Assembly (NCBI GenBank): GCA_003220685.1 | Contig: QHTE01000056.1 | Span: forward strand, 1,231 to 65,230 | Reading direction: 5' to 3' | DNA from: Candidatus Rokuibacteriota bacterium | GTDB taxonomy: Bacteria; Methylomirabilota; Methylomirabilia; Rokubacteriales; CSP1-6 | Length of the DNA: 64,000 bases | Part shown: positions 55,779 through 64,000 of the stretch, piece by piece | Position numbering within the stretch: the stretch's first letter is position 1 | Layout of the letters: each line of letters opens with the position of its first letter | Position numbers and translations under genes: made by a program | Notes under the pieces: model-generated | Told to the model about the DNA's origin: nothing | Database searches by the model: none | The model's input: only the letters and a program-made list of their open reading frames with translations

Positions 55779-56765
55779 ATGGCTGATCAGAGCATCGAGC
55801 CCATCCTGGCCAAGAGCGCGGCGTCTGGAGCGCCGGCGATCGCGGCTCCCGTCGTGGTCGCGGTCGCGAAGTCTCGTCGCCCGCGTCGGCTTGGCCATCT
55901 CCTGGAGCAGGAGCACATCCTGGCAGGTGCGCTCCTTGCGCCCACCCTCGTCATCCTGACGCTCTTCATCGCCTATCCGTTCGTCCTGGGTATCTGGCTC
56001 GCGGTCAGCGACAAGGTCGTCGGGCGGCCGGGCAACTTCGTCGGGCTACAGAACTTCTGGGTGAACCTGCACGACACGATTTTCCTCCGCGCTTTTCAAA
56101 ACACGTTCGTCTACACCTTCATCGCGACGATCCTCAAACTGGCGTTGGGGATGGGAGCCGCGCTCCTTCTCAATCACCACTTCCGGTTCAAGCGGATCGT
56201 GCGGGCGGGGATGCTCCTTCCCTGGATCGTGCCCACCGTCCTGAGCACGCTCGCGTGGCAGTGGATGTTCGACGCGACGTTCAGCGTGTTCAACTGGGTG
56301 CTCATCAACGTCGGCCTCATCTCGCAGCGAATCCTATGGCTGGGCGACGGCACCATGGCCATGGGCTGCCTGATCCTGGTCAACGTGTGGCGCGGCATGC
56401 CCTTCTTCGCCATCACCCTCCTGGCCGGGCTGCAGACCGTCAACCCCGATTTGCACGAGGCCGCGGAGATCGATGGGGCCAATGCCTGGCAGCGTTTCTG
56501 GCGGGTGACCCTTCCCTTGATCAAGCCGATCATGCTGGTGGTGGTCTTGTTCTCGATGATCGCGACCTTCGGCGACTTCCAGCTCATCTACGTTCTGACG
56601 CGAGGCGGGCCCTACAGCAGTACGCATGTCTTCGGGACGTACGCCTACGAGATCGCCATGCGGGCGGCCAAGCTGGGTCAAGGCGCCTCGATCTCGCTCT
56701 TCCTCTTCCCATTCCTCCTCATGGTCATCGTGTTTCAGCTCTGGTACATCCGGCGGAGCGACTGA
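55779..56765 (+). CDS. Carbohydrate ABC transporter permease (MalF-like)
   Basis: FVGLQNF, LLPWIVP, LAGLQ...LHEAAEIDGA, LTRGGP. Confidence 0.92.
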   Translation: MADQSIEPILAKSAASGAPAIAAPVVVAVAKSRRPRRLGHLLEQEHILAGALLAPTLVILTLFIAYPFVLGIWLAVSDKVVGRPGNFVGLQNFWVNLHDTIFLRAFQNTFVYTFIATILKLALGMGAALLLNHHFRFKRIVRAGMLLPWIVPTVLSTLAWQWMFDATFSVFNWVLINVGLISQRILWLGDGTMAMGCLILVNVWRGMPFFAITLLAGLQTVNPDLHEAAEIDGANAWQRFWRVTLPLIKPIMLVVVLFSMIATFGDFQLIYVLTRGGPYSSTHVFGTYAYEIAMRAAKLGQGASISLFLFPFLLMVIVFQLWYIRRSD

Positions 56766-56767
56766 CC

Positions 56768-57613
56768 ATGGCCGTCCGGTACGGGAGCCCCCTCAAGCGC
56801 GCGGTCACGTTCTACATTCCTCTGGTGCTGATGGTCGGGACGACGCTGTTTCCCTTCTACTGGATGGTGATCACCTCGATCCGGCCCGACTCCGAGCTCT
56901 ACAACGTGAAGATGAATCCCTTCTTCACGCTGCGCCCGACCCTCAAGCACTTCCAGGATCTGTTCGAGCTGACCATGTTCCTCCAGTGGGCGTGGAATAC
57001 GCTGTTCATCGCCGTCGTCTCGACCGGCATCTCGCTCTTCTGTGGCCTGCTCGCCGGGTACGCGCTGGCGCGCCTGCAGTTTCGCTGGGCGCCGTCCCTC
57101 GGGACGGTGATCTTCATCACCTACCTTGTTCCGCCGACTCTGCTCTTCATCCCGCTTGGCGACGTCGTCAAGGCCTTCGGGATCGGCGATACGCCGTGGG
57201 CCGTGATTCTGACGTACCCGACGTTCCTGATCCCGTTCTGCACCTGGCTCCTGATGGGGTATTTCAAGACCATTCCACGGGAGATCGAGGACTGCGCCCG
57301 GATCGACGGGGCGAGCCGGCTCCAGGCCATGGTCCGCATCAGCTTCCCGCTCGCCGTGCCCGGGATCCTGTCCGCCGGGATCTTCGCCTTCACCCTCTCG
57401 TGGAACGAGTTTCTCTACGCGCTCGTCTTCCTCTCATCGCCCCAGCAGAAGACGATCCCGATCGGAGTCTTCACCGAGCTCGTTCGCGGCGACGTCTTCT
57501 ACTGGGGGCCGCTCATGGCGGGCGCTCTTCTGGGCTCGATTCCGGTCGCCCTCGTCTATTCGCTTTTCGTCGAGCACTACGTCACCGCTCTGACGGGGGC
57601 GGTCAAGGGGTAG
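56768..57613 (+). CDS. Carbohydrate ABC transporter permease (MalG-like)
   Basis: MAVRYG start; FPFYWM, YFKTIPREIEDCARIDGA, SWNEFL, GAVKG. Confidence 0.92.
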   Translation: MAVRYGSPLKRAVTFYIPLVLMVGTTLFPFYWMVITSIRPDSELYNVKMNPFFTLRPTLKHFQDLFELTMFLQWAWNTLFIAVVSTGISLFCGLLAGYALARLQFRWAPSLGTVIFITYLVPPTLLFIPLGDVVKAFGIGDTPWAVILTYPTFLIPFCTWLLMGYFKTIPREIEDCARIDGASRLQAMVRISFPLAVPGILSAGIFAFTLSWNEFLYALVFLSSPQQKTIPIGVFTELVRGDVFYWGPLMAGALLGSIPVALVYSLFVEHYVTALTGAVKG

Positions 57614-58072
57614 TCAGCGCCACTTCTCCTCGACGGTGTTTGACAGCTGCGCCGCCGTGAGTGTTCGCGGGTCCTCGACGTCGACCGTCAGATGCTCGGT
57701 CGGCTTTGGCGTCGCGGTCATCAAGCTTACCCCCTCGGGTGAGTGGAAGCGGTGCCACGTGCCTTGGGGCACGACGACCAGCATCCCGGCGCTCACCGCA
57801 TAGGATTTCGGGCCGTCCTCCGCCATGATGAGTAGCGTCGCCGAGCCATCGACGATCTGCACGAGCTCATCGCCGTTCGGGTGGCGTTCCCACGCTCCAC
57901 CGCCGGCGAATTTGGCGCTGAAGATATTGCCGTCGCGGAACGGCGCCAACGTGGCGAAGCCTCCGCTCCCCTTCCGCTCGCCCTCGGTCATCTGCGGGGT
58001 GCGCCCGCGTAGCAGCTTCAATTTGGCGAACTCAGCTTTGAGATCCAGAATCGTGATCATCCTGTCCTCCAC
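57614..58072 (-). CDS. Cupin-domain protein
   Basis: WERHPNGDEL, VVVPQGTWHR; start may be ATG 58060. Confidence 0.85.
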   Translation of the reverse strand: MEDRMITILDLKAEFAKLKLLRGRTPQMTEGERKGSGGFATLAPFRDGNIFSAKFAGGGAWERHPNGDELVQIVDGSATLLIMAEDGPKSYAVSAGMLVVVPQGTWHRFHSPEGVSLMTATPKPTEHLTVDVEDPRTLTAAQLSNTVEEKWR

Positions 58073-58544
58073 CGTGCTAGCTCGTGATCAGGTTCTGCCT
58101 CCACGTCAAGCGGCCACGTAGATTACTAGATACCCGACCATCTTTACAGCGCCCAGGCACCGTGCGCGCCTGTCTTCCAGATGCCCCGTGGCGATCACGG
58201 CTGCGCCGAGTAACGTCTCCGACAGCCATTTCGCCCTGAATCACCGCCCATCTCTAAGTACCTACGTCATTTGAGATTCGCGGCTGGCACCGGCGTCGCC
58301 CTTTGGATCACGAAGCAAGCGATGGGGCGACCAAGCGAAGCTATGACGATCGGCGCGACCTGCCTGCTGACGATGATCGGCTGTGTGGTGAGGGAAAGGG
58401 ATTACGGGCATACAGAACGCGTAGTTACCCGCGGCAGGCATACCTGACTTATGGGTGTTTACTCCGGGAAATTTCGGGGAATTCCCCGCTTGTCCGAAGA
58501 TCGGCACCATTGCATATGACACGGAACGAGGAATGGAGGCGATC

Positions 58545-58781
58545 ATGGCAGATCTGGTCTTCATAGTGTCGCGCACTGAGGCGAAACAGTACCAGTACCT
58601 CAGGCATGTATACGCGGACGAGAGTCGGGACGTGGTTCTGGACCGTCGCTCGGGCGAACGGCGGCAGGGCCTGAGGCCGCCGCCGATCGAACGACGCCAC
58701 CAGGATCGGCGGCGCCATCGTGACATCACGCGAGAGCTCGAGTCATGGGGGTGGGCCTTGGCAAGGCGCCCAGTGAAGTAG
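58545..58781 (+). CDS. Small RxxxR-rich hypothetical protein (same family as the C-domain of 24556-24936)
   Basis: RBS ggagg; FIVSR..YQYLR...VVLDRRSGERR...ERRHQDRR...LESWGW. Confidence 0.7.
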   Translation: MADLVFIVSRTEAKQYQYLRHVYADESRDVVLDRRSGERRQGLRPPPIERRHQDRRRHRDITRELESWGWALARRPVK

Positions 58782-58891
58782 TGTGTGCGGATGCGGCAAA
58801 CTGAAGCGGCGCTAGTTGCTAACCGGGCTCTGCTGGACGAAGCTTGAACCGCGCTCGCCGCGCTCCGTGAGACCATCCGGCGGCGACGCCT

Positions 58892-59464
58892 TCACTTCTG
58901 AACTGTGATGGCTTGCTTCTTCGACGCCTCCTGGACCCGTGTCGCTGCCTGAACCAACGCCAGCGTAGTCGCCGTATGATCTGTCAAATGCTTCTGCGCT
59001 TCCGCCTGCTTGACCTTTGCCGACTGCAGTTGTCGTTGAAAGAAGTCGACCTCCCATGGGGCGGCGTGAGCGACCGCTCTCTGGGCCCCAGCGACCTCGT
59101 TGGCAGCGACACGCACCTGTTTCCAATCGTTCGCGGCAGCGTACAGGGCGGCGCAGGCGTCCGAGATTGGCGCACCGAGCGCCTTGTGGTCCCCACGACT
59201 GAGAGGGATTTGGTATTTCTTACGGATCGACGAGAGCCGCTTCTCGATTCTGCCGATCTTGACCATGAATTCGTCGTAGCTCGACTGAGCGCTGAGCACG
59301 GCGGATGCAGATCGGACGTCTACAAGCAGAGCGAGCAGCTCCTGCCGGAGTCGCTCGCTCTCCGGCCGGGCCGGCGCGGCGTTTGACGCCGATTGTTGTG
59401 CCAGTCCCAAGGATGGAGCGAGCGACACCAGAAGCACCAGTACAAGAGTCCTGATCGCCTTCAT
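58892..59464 (-). CDS. Hypothetical secreted helical protein
   Basis: RBS gaggag; signal peptide MKAIRTLVLV..GLA; lower GC3 than neighbours. Confidence 0.65.
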   Translation of the reverse strand: MKAIRTLVLVLLVSLAPSLGLAQQSASNAAPARPESERLRQELLALLVDVRSASAVLSAQSSYDEFMVKIGRIEKRLSSIRKKYQIPLSRGDHKALGAPISDACAALYAAANDWKQVRVAANEVAGAQRAVAHAAPWEVDFFQRQLQSAKVKQAEAQKHLTDHTATTLALVQAATRVQEASKKQAITVQK

Positions 59465-59639
59465 AACTGTCTCCTCGACGCGTTCATCGAGAGGATCGTC
59501 CCGGAAATCGACCAGAGTGCATAACCAGTGCCGGTGACAAGAAGTGAGCGTGAGTAAGTATTTGTATCTGATCGTCGCCAGCTGGTTACGGACAGAACGC
59601 TCCAGCTAGATGGACAAACCGCCTAGAGGGCGCCTGCGG

Positions 59640-60791
59640 TCACGCCGGCGCGAACACCCCACCCGCCGTCGCATCGGACAGCCGCGCCTCGCCGCCGGCG
59701 CCCGCTCGCGCGCTCGCGAACGCCGGATCCCGCTGGAGTACCGGCATGACACGGTCGGCGAAGAGGCGCATGTTGATCTCCGACTCCTCGTGCGGCATGC
59801 CGCCGAACGCGAACTCGGTGATGAGGTGGTCGAGGCCCGTCAGGCGGTGGAGCTCCCGCACCTGCTGCAAGCACTCGTCCGGCGTGCCGACGATCTGGAT
59901 GCTGACGTAGAAGTCGGTGGCCTTCTGCCGGAAGCCCTCGTCCTTCATCTTGGCGTACGTCTTCGCCATCTTTCCGTAGAACTCGTAGCCCTTGACGGTG
60001 GCGAGGTGCCCGTCCGAGAAGTGGTAGTGGCGGTCGATCGAGTCCCACTTGCGGGAGAGGTACTTCACGCCCCGCGCGCGCGCTTCATCGCGGCTCTCGG
60101 CGCACGAGACGTTGGTCAGGATGATCGGGGGCCGCGGCGCGTGGCCGACGCCGCTCGCGATCTGGCGGTAGCGCTCGATGTCCTCGGCGGCCTTGGGCCA
60201 CTCGTTCTGCATGACGACCAGCACGCCGAACCCGAGCTTCGCCATGATCTCGGCCGACTCCGGGCTCACCGACGAGGCGTAGAACCGTCGCTCGGGATGC
60301 GAGATCGGGCGGGGGCGAATCGACGTCCGCGGGATCTTGAAGAATTCGCCGTCCCACTCGAACGTCTCGTGCGTCAGGGCCTTCACCACGATCTGGGCCG
60401 CCTCGACGAATCGCGGCCGCGCCTCTTCCATCGGGACGCGAAAGCCGGCGTACTCCACGCTCGCGGCGCCGCGGCCGAAGCCGAAGATGCAGCGGCCGCC
60501 CGAGATGACGTCGAGAAGCGCGATCTCCTCGGCCACGCGGACGGGGTCGTGCCAGGGCAGGACGATGACGGCCGTGCCGAGCGCGAGGCGGCGGGTCCGG
60601 CCGGCGTAGTAGCTCAAGAGCTGGGTCGGGGCGGGCGACATGGCGTAGCCGGTGAAGTGATGCTCCAGCGCCCACAGCGAGTCGAAGCCGAGCGGCTCGG
60701 CGAGATCGCCGAGCGCCATGTGCTCGCCGAGCACCGCCGCGTCGGACAGGCCTTCCTTCGTCAACATGTTGAGCGCGATGCCGACTTTCAC
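59640..60791 (-). CDS. LLM-class (luciferase-like) flavin-dependent oxidoreductase
   Basis: AEPLGFDSLWALEHHF, LGTAVIVLPWHDPVRVAEE, FGFGRG, VGTPD, LFADRVMP. Confidence 0.92.
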   Translation of the reverse strand: MKVGIALNMLTKEGLSDAAVLGEHMALGDLAEPLGFDSLWALEHHFTGYAMSPAPTQLLSYYAGRTRRLALGTAVIVLPWHDPVRVAEEIALLDVISGGRCIFGFGRGAASVEYAGFRVPMEEARPRFVEAAQIVVKALTHETFEWDGEFFKIPRTSIRPRPISHPERRFYASSVSPESAEIMAKLGFGVLVVMQNEWPKAAEDIERYRQIASGVGHAPRPPIILTNVSCAESRDEARARGVKYLSRKWDSIDRHYHFSDGHLATVKGYEFYGKMAKTYAKMKDEGFRQKATDFYVSIQIVGTPDECLQQVRELHRLTGLDHLITEFAFGGMPHEESEINMRLFADRVMPVLQRDPAFASARAGAGGEARLSDATAGGVFAPA

Positions 60792-60890
60792 GATAGGCCT
60801 CCTCGATCGATCCGCTTTGCGCTAAGGTAGCCTGCCTTGGCAGGGGTCGGCAATCCGGCATGCCCGTCGACGTCGCGAGGAGGTGCGCTC

Positions 60891-62152
60891 ATGGACTTCT
60901 CTCGTCGTGATCTCCTGACCCTGAGTGGACTGGCCTGGGCCGGCACGGTGCTGGGGCCGACGGGGCTCCATGCGCAAACCCCCAAGCGCGGCGGCACGTT
61001 GACGCTTCGCGTCTGGGACCCGCCGCACTTCGACCCGTACCTGATCGTGGCCTTCAAGACCCAGGTCGTCTACAGCTTCACGCACAGCCGGCTCCTCAAG
61101 CACAAGGCCGGACCTTCGGTGCAACCCGGCAGCTTCGTCCTGGAAGGCGATCTGGCCGAATCCTGGAGCCAGCCCAACGAGACCACGTACGTTTTCCGGC
61201 TGCGGAAGGGTGCCCGGTGGCACACGAAGGCCCCCACGAACGGACGGGAGCTCACGGCCGACGACGTGGTCTACTCCATGGATCGCTTCCGCCACCTGAC
61301 GGGCAACCCCCAGAACTATTTGCTGGGCGCTGTCGACCGGGTCGAGGCGACCGATCGCTATACGGTCAAGGTGACGCTCAAGGAGCCCTACGTGTGGTTC
61401 CCCGACATCGTCGCCAACCCGATGACCGGCGCCATCGTGGCTCGCGAAGCGGTGGAGAAATTCGGCGACCTCAATTGGCCCTGAACCGCCAGGCCCTCGT
61501 CGAGGCGGTCGTCGATGGCGCGGCGGTCTTCAATCCGCCGGGTCTTCCCATCGCCCTCAGGGATTGGTCTCTCCCGATCGATCAGCTTGGCGAGGGCGCG
61601 CACTACTACAAGCACGACCCCGCCGAAGCCCGCCGGCTGCTCGCTCAGGCCGGCTACCCGCGGGGCTTTGCGACGGTGGTGGATTTCCACAGCTTCGGCG
61701 AGACGGCCCTGGTCGACGGGGCGCAGCTCCTTGCGACGGACTTGAAGGAGATCGGCATCGAGGCCAAGCTCAACCAGCGGGAGTACGGCGCCTACATCGC
61801 GACCGTGCCCCTCGGGAAATATGAGGGTATCGTCTGGGGGCCCGCGACCCCGTTCCTCGAGCCCGACAGTTTCCTGGCCACCGCCTACCTGCCGGACAGC
61901 CCCCGCAACAACATGAAGGTGAACGACCCCCCGCTCACCGACATGCTCCTGCGCCAGCGGCGCGTTCAAGACCCCGCGAAGCGGCGAGAGCTGATCCTCG
62001 AGATCCAGCGCTATCTGGCCAAGATGGTCTACCGGGCTTAAGCCTACTCCGCCGTCTTGCCTGCGGTGTGGGACCCTGCGCTCAAGAACTACGGGCCGAA
62101 CCTCGGCTACGACTACGGCGGCCGCCTGATGGCGGCCTGGCTCGATCGCTGA
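60891..62152 (+). pseudogene. Tat-exported family-5 SBP with internal deletion/frameshift (~61475) and nonsense codon (62039)
   Basis: SRRDLL signal, GDLAESW...FGDL, then a jump to LALNRQ in another frame; TAA at 62039-62041 followed in frame by ...KNYGPNLGYDYGGRLMAAWLDR*. Confidence 0.85.
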
Positions 62153-62322
62153 GCCTAGGGCCTCTGCGCGCTGCTCTCTTCCCTCCAAGCGGCCCCGGCA
62201 AGACGCTGGCGGTCATAGCCGTCGTTCGCTGGTTCGGGATCGACCTGCTGCGCATCGATCTGTCCCGGGTGGTGAGCAAGCACATCGGCGAGACCCAGAA
62301 GAATGTCGTGCGCGCACGATGA
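62153..62322 (+). pseudogene. Remnant of an AAA+ ATPase (Walker A region)
   Basis: ALFPPSGPGKTLA....GIDLLRIDLSRVVSKHIGETQKN. Confidence 0.7.
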
Positions 62323-62431
62323 GCTCGACCGCGACGAAACTATCGATGACTTTGGGGAGATTTGGGGTATGAATTCGACAGGGGGTTCACGGACTACATC
62401 GGCAAGCTAACTGGCTAGCGACCGAAATCAG

Positions 62432-62842
62432 GTGGACATGCTCCTCGTCAGAACCCGGTTGAAGCCCAGCAAGGTTCACGGACTCGGATGTTTTGCCGCC
62501 GAGCGCATTCCGCGGGGCACCGTCGTCTGGACATTGGACGAGAGCATCGATATCCAGATGCCGCTCGCCAAGCTCGGCAGCCTGTCGCCTCCCACCGAGA
62601 GGTTCTACTTGACCTACGGACACGTCGAGATGCGTGATGGCGAGAAGATCGTCATTCTGTGCGGCGATCACGCAAAGCACATGAATCATTCGGACAAGCC
62701 CAACGTGATCGAAGGAGACCCCGATCGGGAGGAGAACATTGCTGCCCGCGACATCGAAGCGGGCGAGGAGCTGACCTGCAACTACCACGCTTTTGACCTC
62801 GACGCGGTACGGAAGCTGAGCGGCGCCCTCGAGCCGGAATAG
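62432..62842 (+). CDS. SET-domain protein
   Basis: SKVHGLGCFA, MNHSDKPN, AARDIEAGEELTCNY. Confidence 0.9.
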   Translation: MDMLLVRTRLKPSKVHGLGCFAAERIPRGTVVWTLDESIDIQMPLAKLGSLSPPTERFYLTYGHVEMRDGEKIVILCGDHAKHMNHSDKPNVIEGDPDREENIAARDIEAGEELTCNYHAFDLDAVRKLSGALEPE

Positions 62843-62847
62843 CCGAC

Positions 62848-63399
62848 CTAGACGACTTCTGCGACTCGACGGATGGCGGCTCGGATGTCGGCCTCCGTCA
62901 GGGAGGCGTAGCCGAAGAGCAGGCCGCCGCGCGGCGGCGGGCTCGTATAAGAGGGCGCCACGGAGTAGAGGCCGACGCCGGCCTCGCGCGCGCGGGCGAT
63001 GACGGCGGAGAGCTCCCGTGGCCGCACGTCGTTCAGCCAGACCACGAGATGCACCCCCGTGTTCTCGCCTGCAATCTCCACGCGATCCCCGAAGTGCTGC
63101 CGCATGGCGCCGATCAGCGCCCGGCGTCTCGCGGCGTTCCGGTTCCCCGCGCGCCGAAGGTAGCGCTCGAACTGCCCGGTGGTGATGAAGTCTGTGAGCG
63201 CCTGCTGCGCGAGCGTGGCCGAGAATCGGTCCGCCGCCCACTTGGCGGCGACGAACGACGGCACGAGTGAGCGGGGCAGCACGAGGTACCCGATCCGCAA
63301 CGCCGGGAAGAGGGTCTTCGAGAACGTGCCGACGTAGATGACCCGGCCGTCGCGGTCCAGGGACTGCAGCGCCTCGTAGCTCGAAACTGGCTCTTTCAA
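62848..63399 (-). pseudogene. C-terminal fragment of a MocR/GabR PLP-dependent GntR regulator
   Basis: ALQSLD..GRVIYVGTFSKTLFPALRIGY, GVHLVVWL, GLLFGYA; HTH and N-terminal part absent. Confidence 0.8.
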
Positions 63400-63458
63400 C
63401 AGGCCAGAACCCGGCGCACGATGCGGGGGTACGATCCACCGCGACGGAGGAACAGGCG

Positions 63459-64000
63459 ATGGGCAATGCGGCCGAGCGGGGGCGCGCGCGCGTCAACGAC
63501 GTGGGGACACTCGAGCAGTTGAACCGCGCTACGTCCGGGCCGCCCAGGCATCGGACACCGGCTGGTTCGACAAGAATCTCGCGGCATGCTTCATGGCCAG
63601 CAACCCCGACGGGTCGCTGGTCGACCGCGCCGGGTTCCTGGAGCGGATCGGTCGGCCGAATCCCAGCAAGAACATGGAGGCCGTCGACACCCGTATTCGA
63701 ATCGTCGGTGACGTCGGCATCGTCGATTCGGGCTTCCGGTACACGAAGCCGGACGGCCAGGACGGCGCCGGTCACTACACCGACGTCTACGGCTTTCTGG
63801 AGGGACGCTGGCAGTGCGTCTCCGCGCACTTCGCCCTTCGCCCGGCCCCGCCCCAGGTCGGGGCCACGAAGACGGCCGACGTCGTGGCGGCGGTGCCGAG
63901 CCCGGCGGACCACGCAGCCCTGGCCGACCTCAACCATCACTACATCCGCTCGGTCCGGGAGTCGGATGTCCGGTGGTTCGACACGAATCTCGCGCCCGAG
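63459..64000 (+). pseudogene. Tandem DUF4440/NTF2-like protein with a 1-nt frameshift near 63528; runs off the window
   Basis: RBS ggagg plus ATG 63459 ...NDVGTLEQLNR, continuing in another frame YVRAAQASDTGWFDKNLA...YTDVY..GRWQCVSAH; second repeat LADLNHHYIRSVRESDVRWFDTNLA. Confidence 0.7.

Noticed and set aside
62039-62041. In-frame stop in the SBP gene as programmed readthrough or recoding
   Set aside because: The codon is TAA and the same gene has a large internal deletion, so pseudogenisation is the simpler explanation.

Overview
High-GC bacterial chromosomal window. Many family-5 ABC solute-binding proteins, an LLM oxidoreductase, an amidohydrolase-2 and RxxxR-rich small proteins are reminiscent of Rokubacteria/Methylomirabilota (inference only). 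Housekeeping anchors are tRNA-Leu(CAG), smpB-tmRNA, amidase-rph-rdgB-tRNA-Pro(UGG), tRNA-Arg(UCU), a stand-alone infA and korAB. Three loci stand out. (1) A translationally coupled eight-gene operon (7.7-16.0 kb) that looks like an undescribed inositol/aminocyclitol phospho-compound or lipid pathway; its ATP-grasp protein carries motifs of ITPK1-type inositol-phosphate kinases rather than RimK-type ligases. (2) A three-gene eukaryote-like lipid module (25.6-29.0 kb): acyltransferase, Spinster-like MFS and a sphingomyelin/IPC-synthase-like PAP2 enzyme. (3) A tandem-duplicated pyruvoyl decarboxylase with one dead and one live cleavage site next to a deoxyhypusine-synthase-like gene (22.3-24.2 kb). 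The window also has a truncated bacterial lysyl oxidase, a STAND-type cyclase-redoxin pair, att-like repeats at two tRNAs, and many deletion-scarred gene remnants, mostly from 41 to 64 kb. No CRISPR array, rRNA, intact integrase or transposase was seen. All family calls are by motif recognition; no database searches were run.
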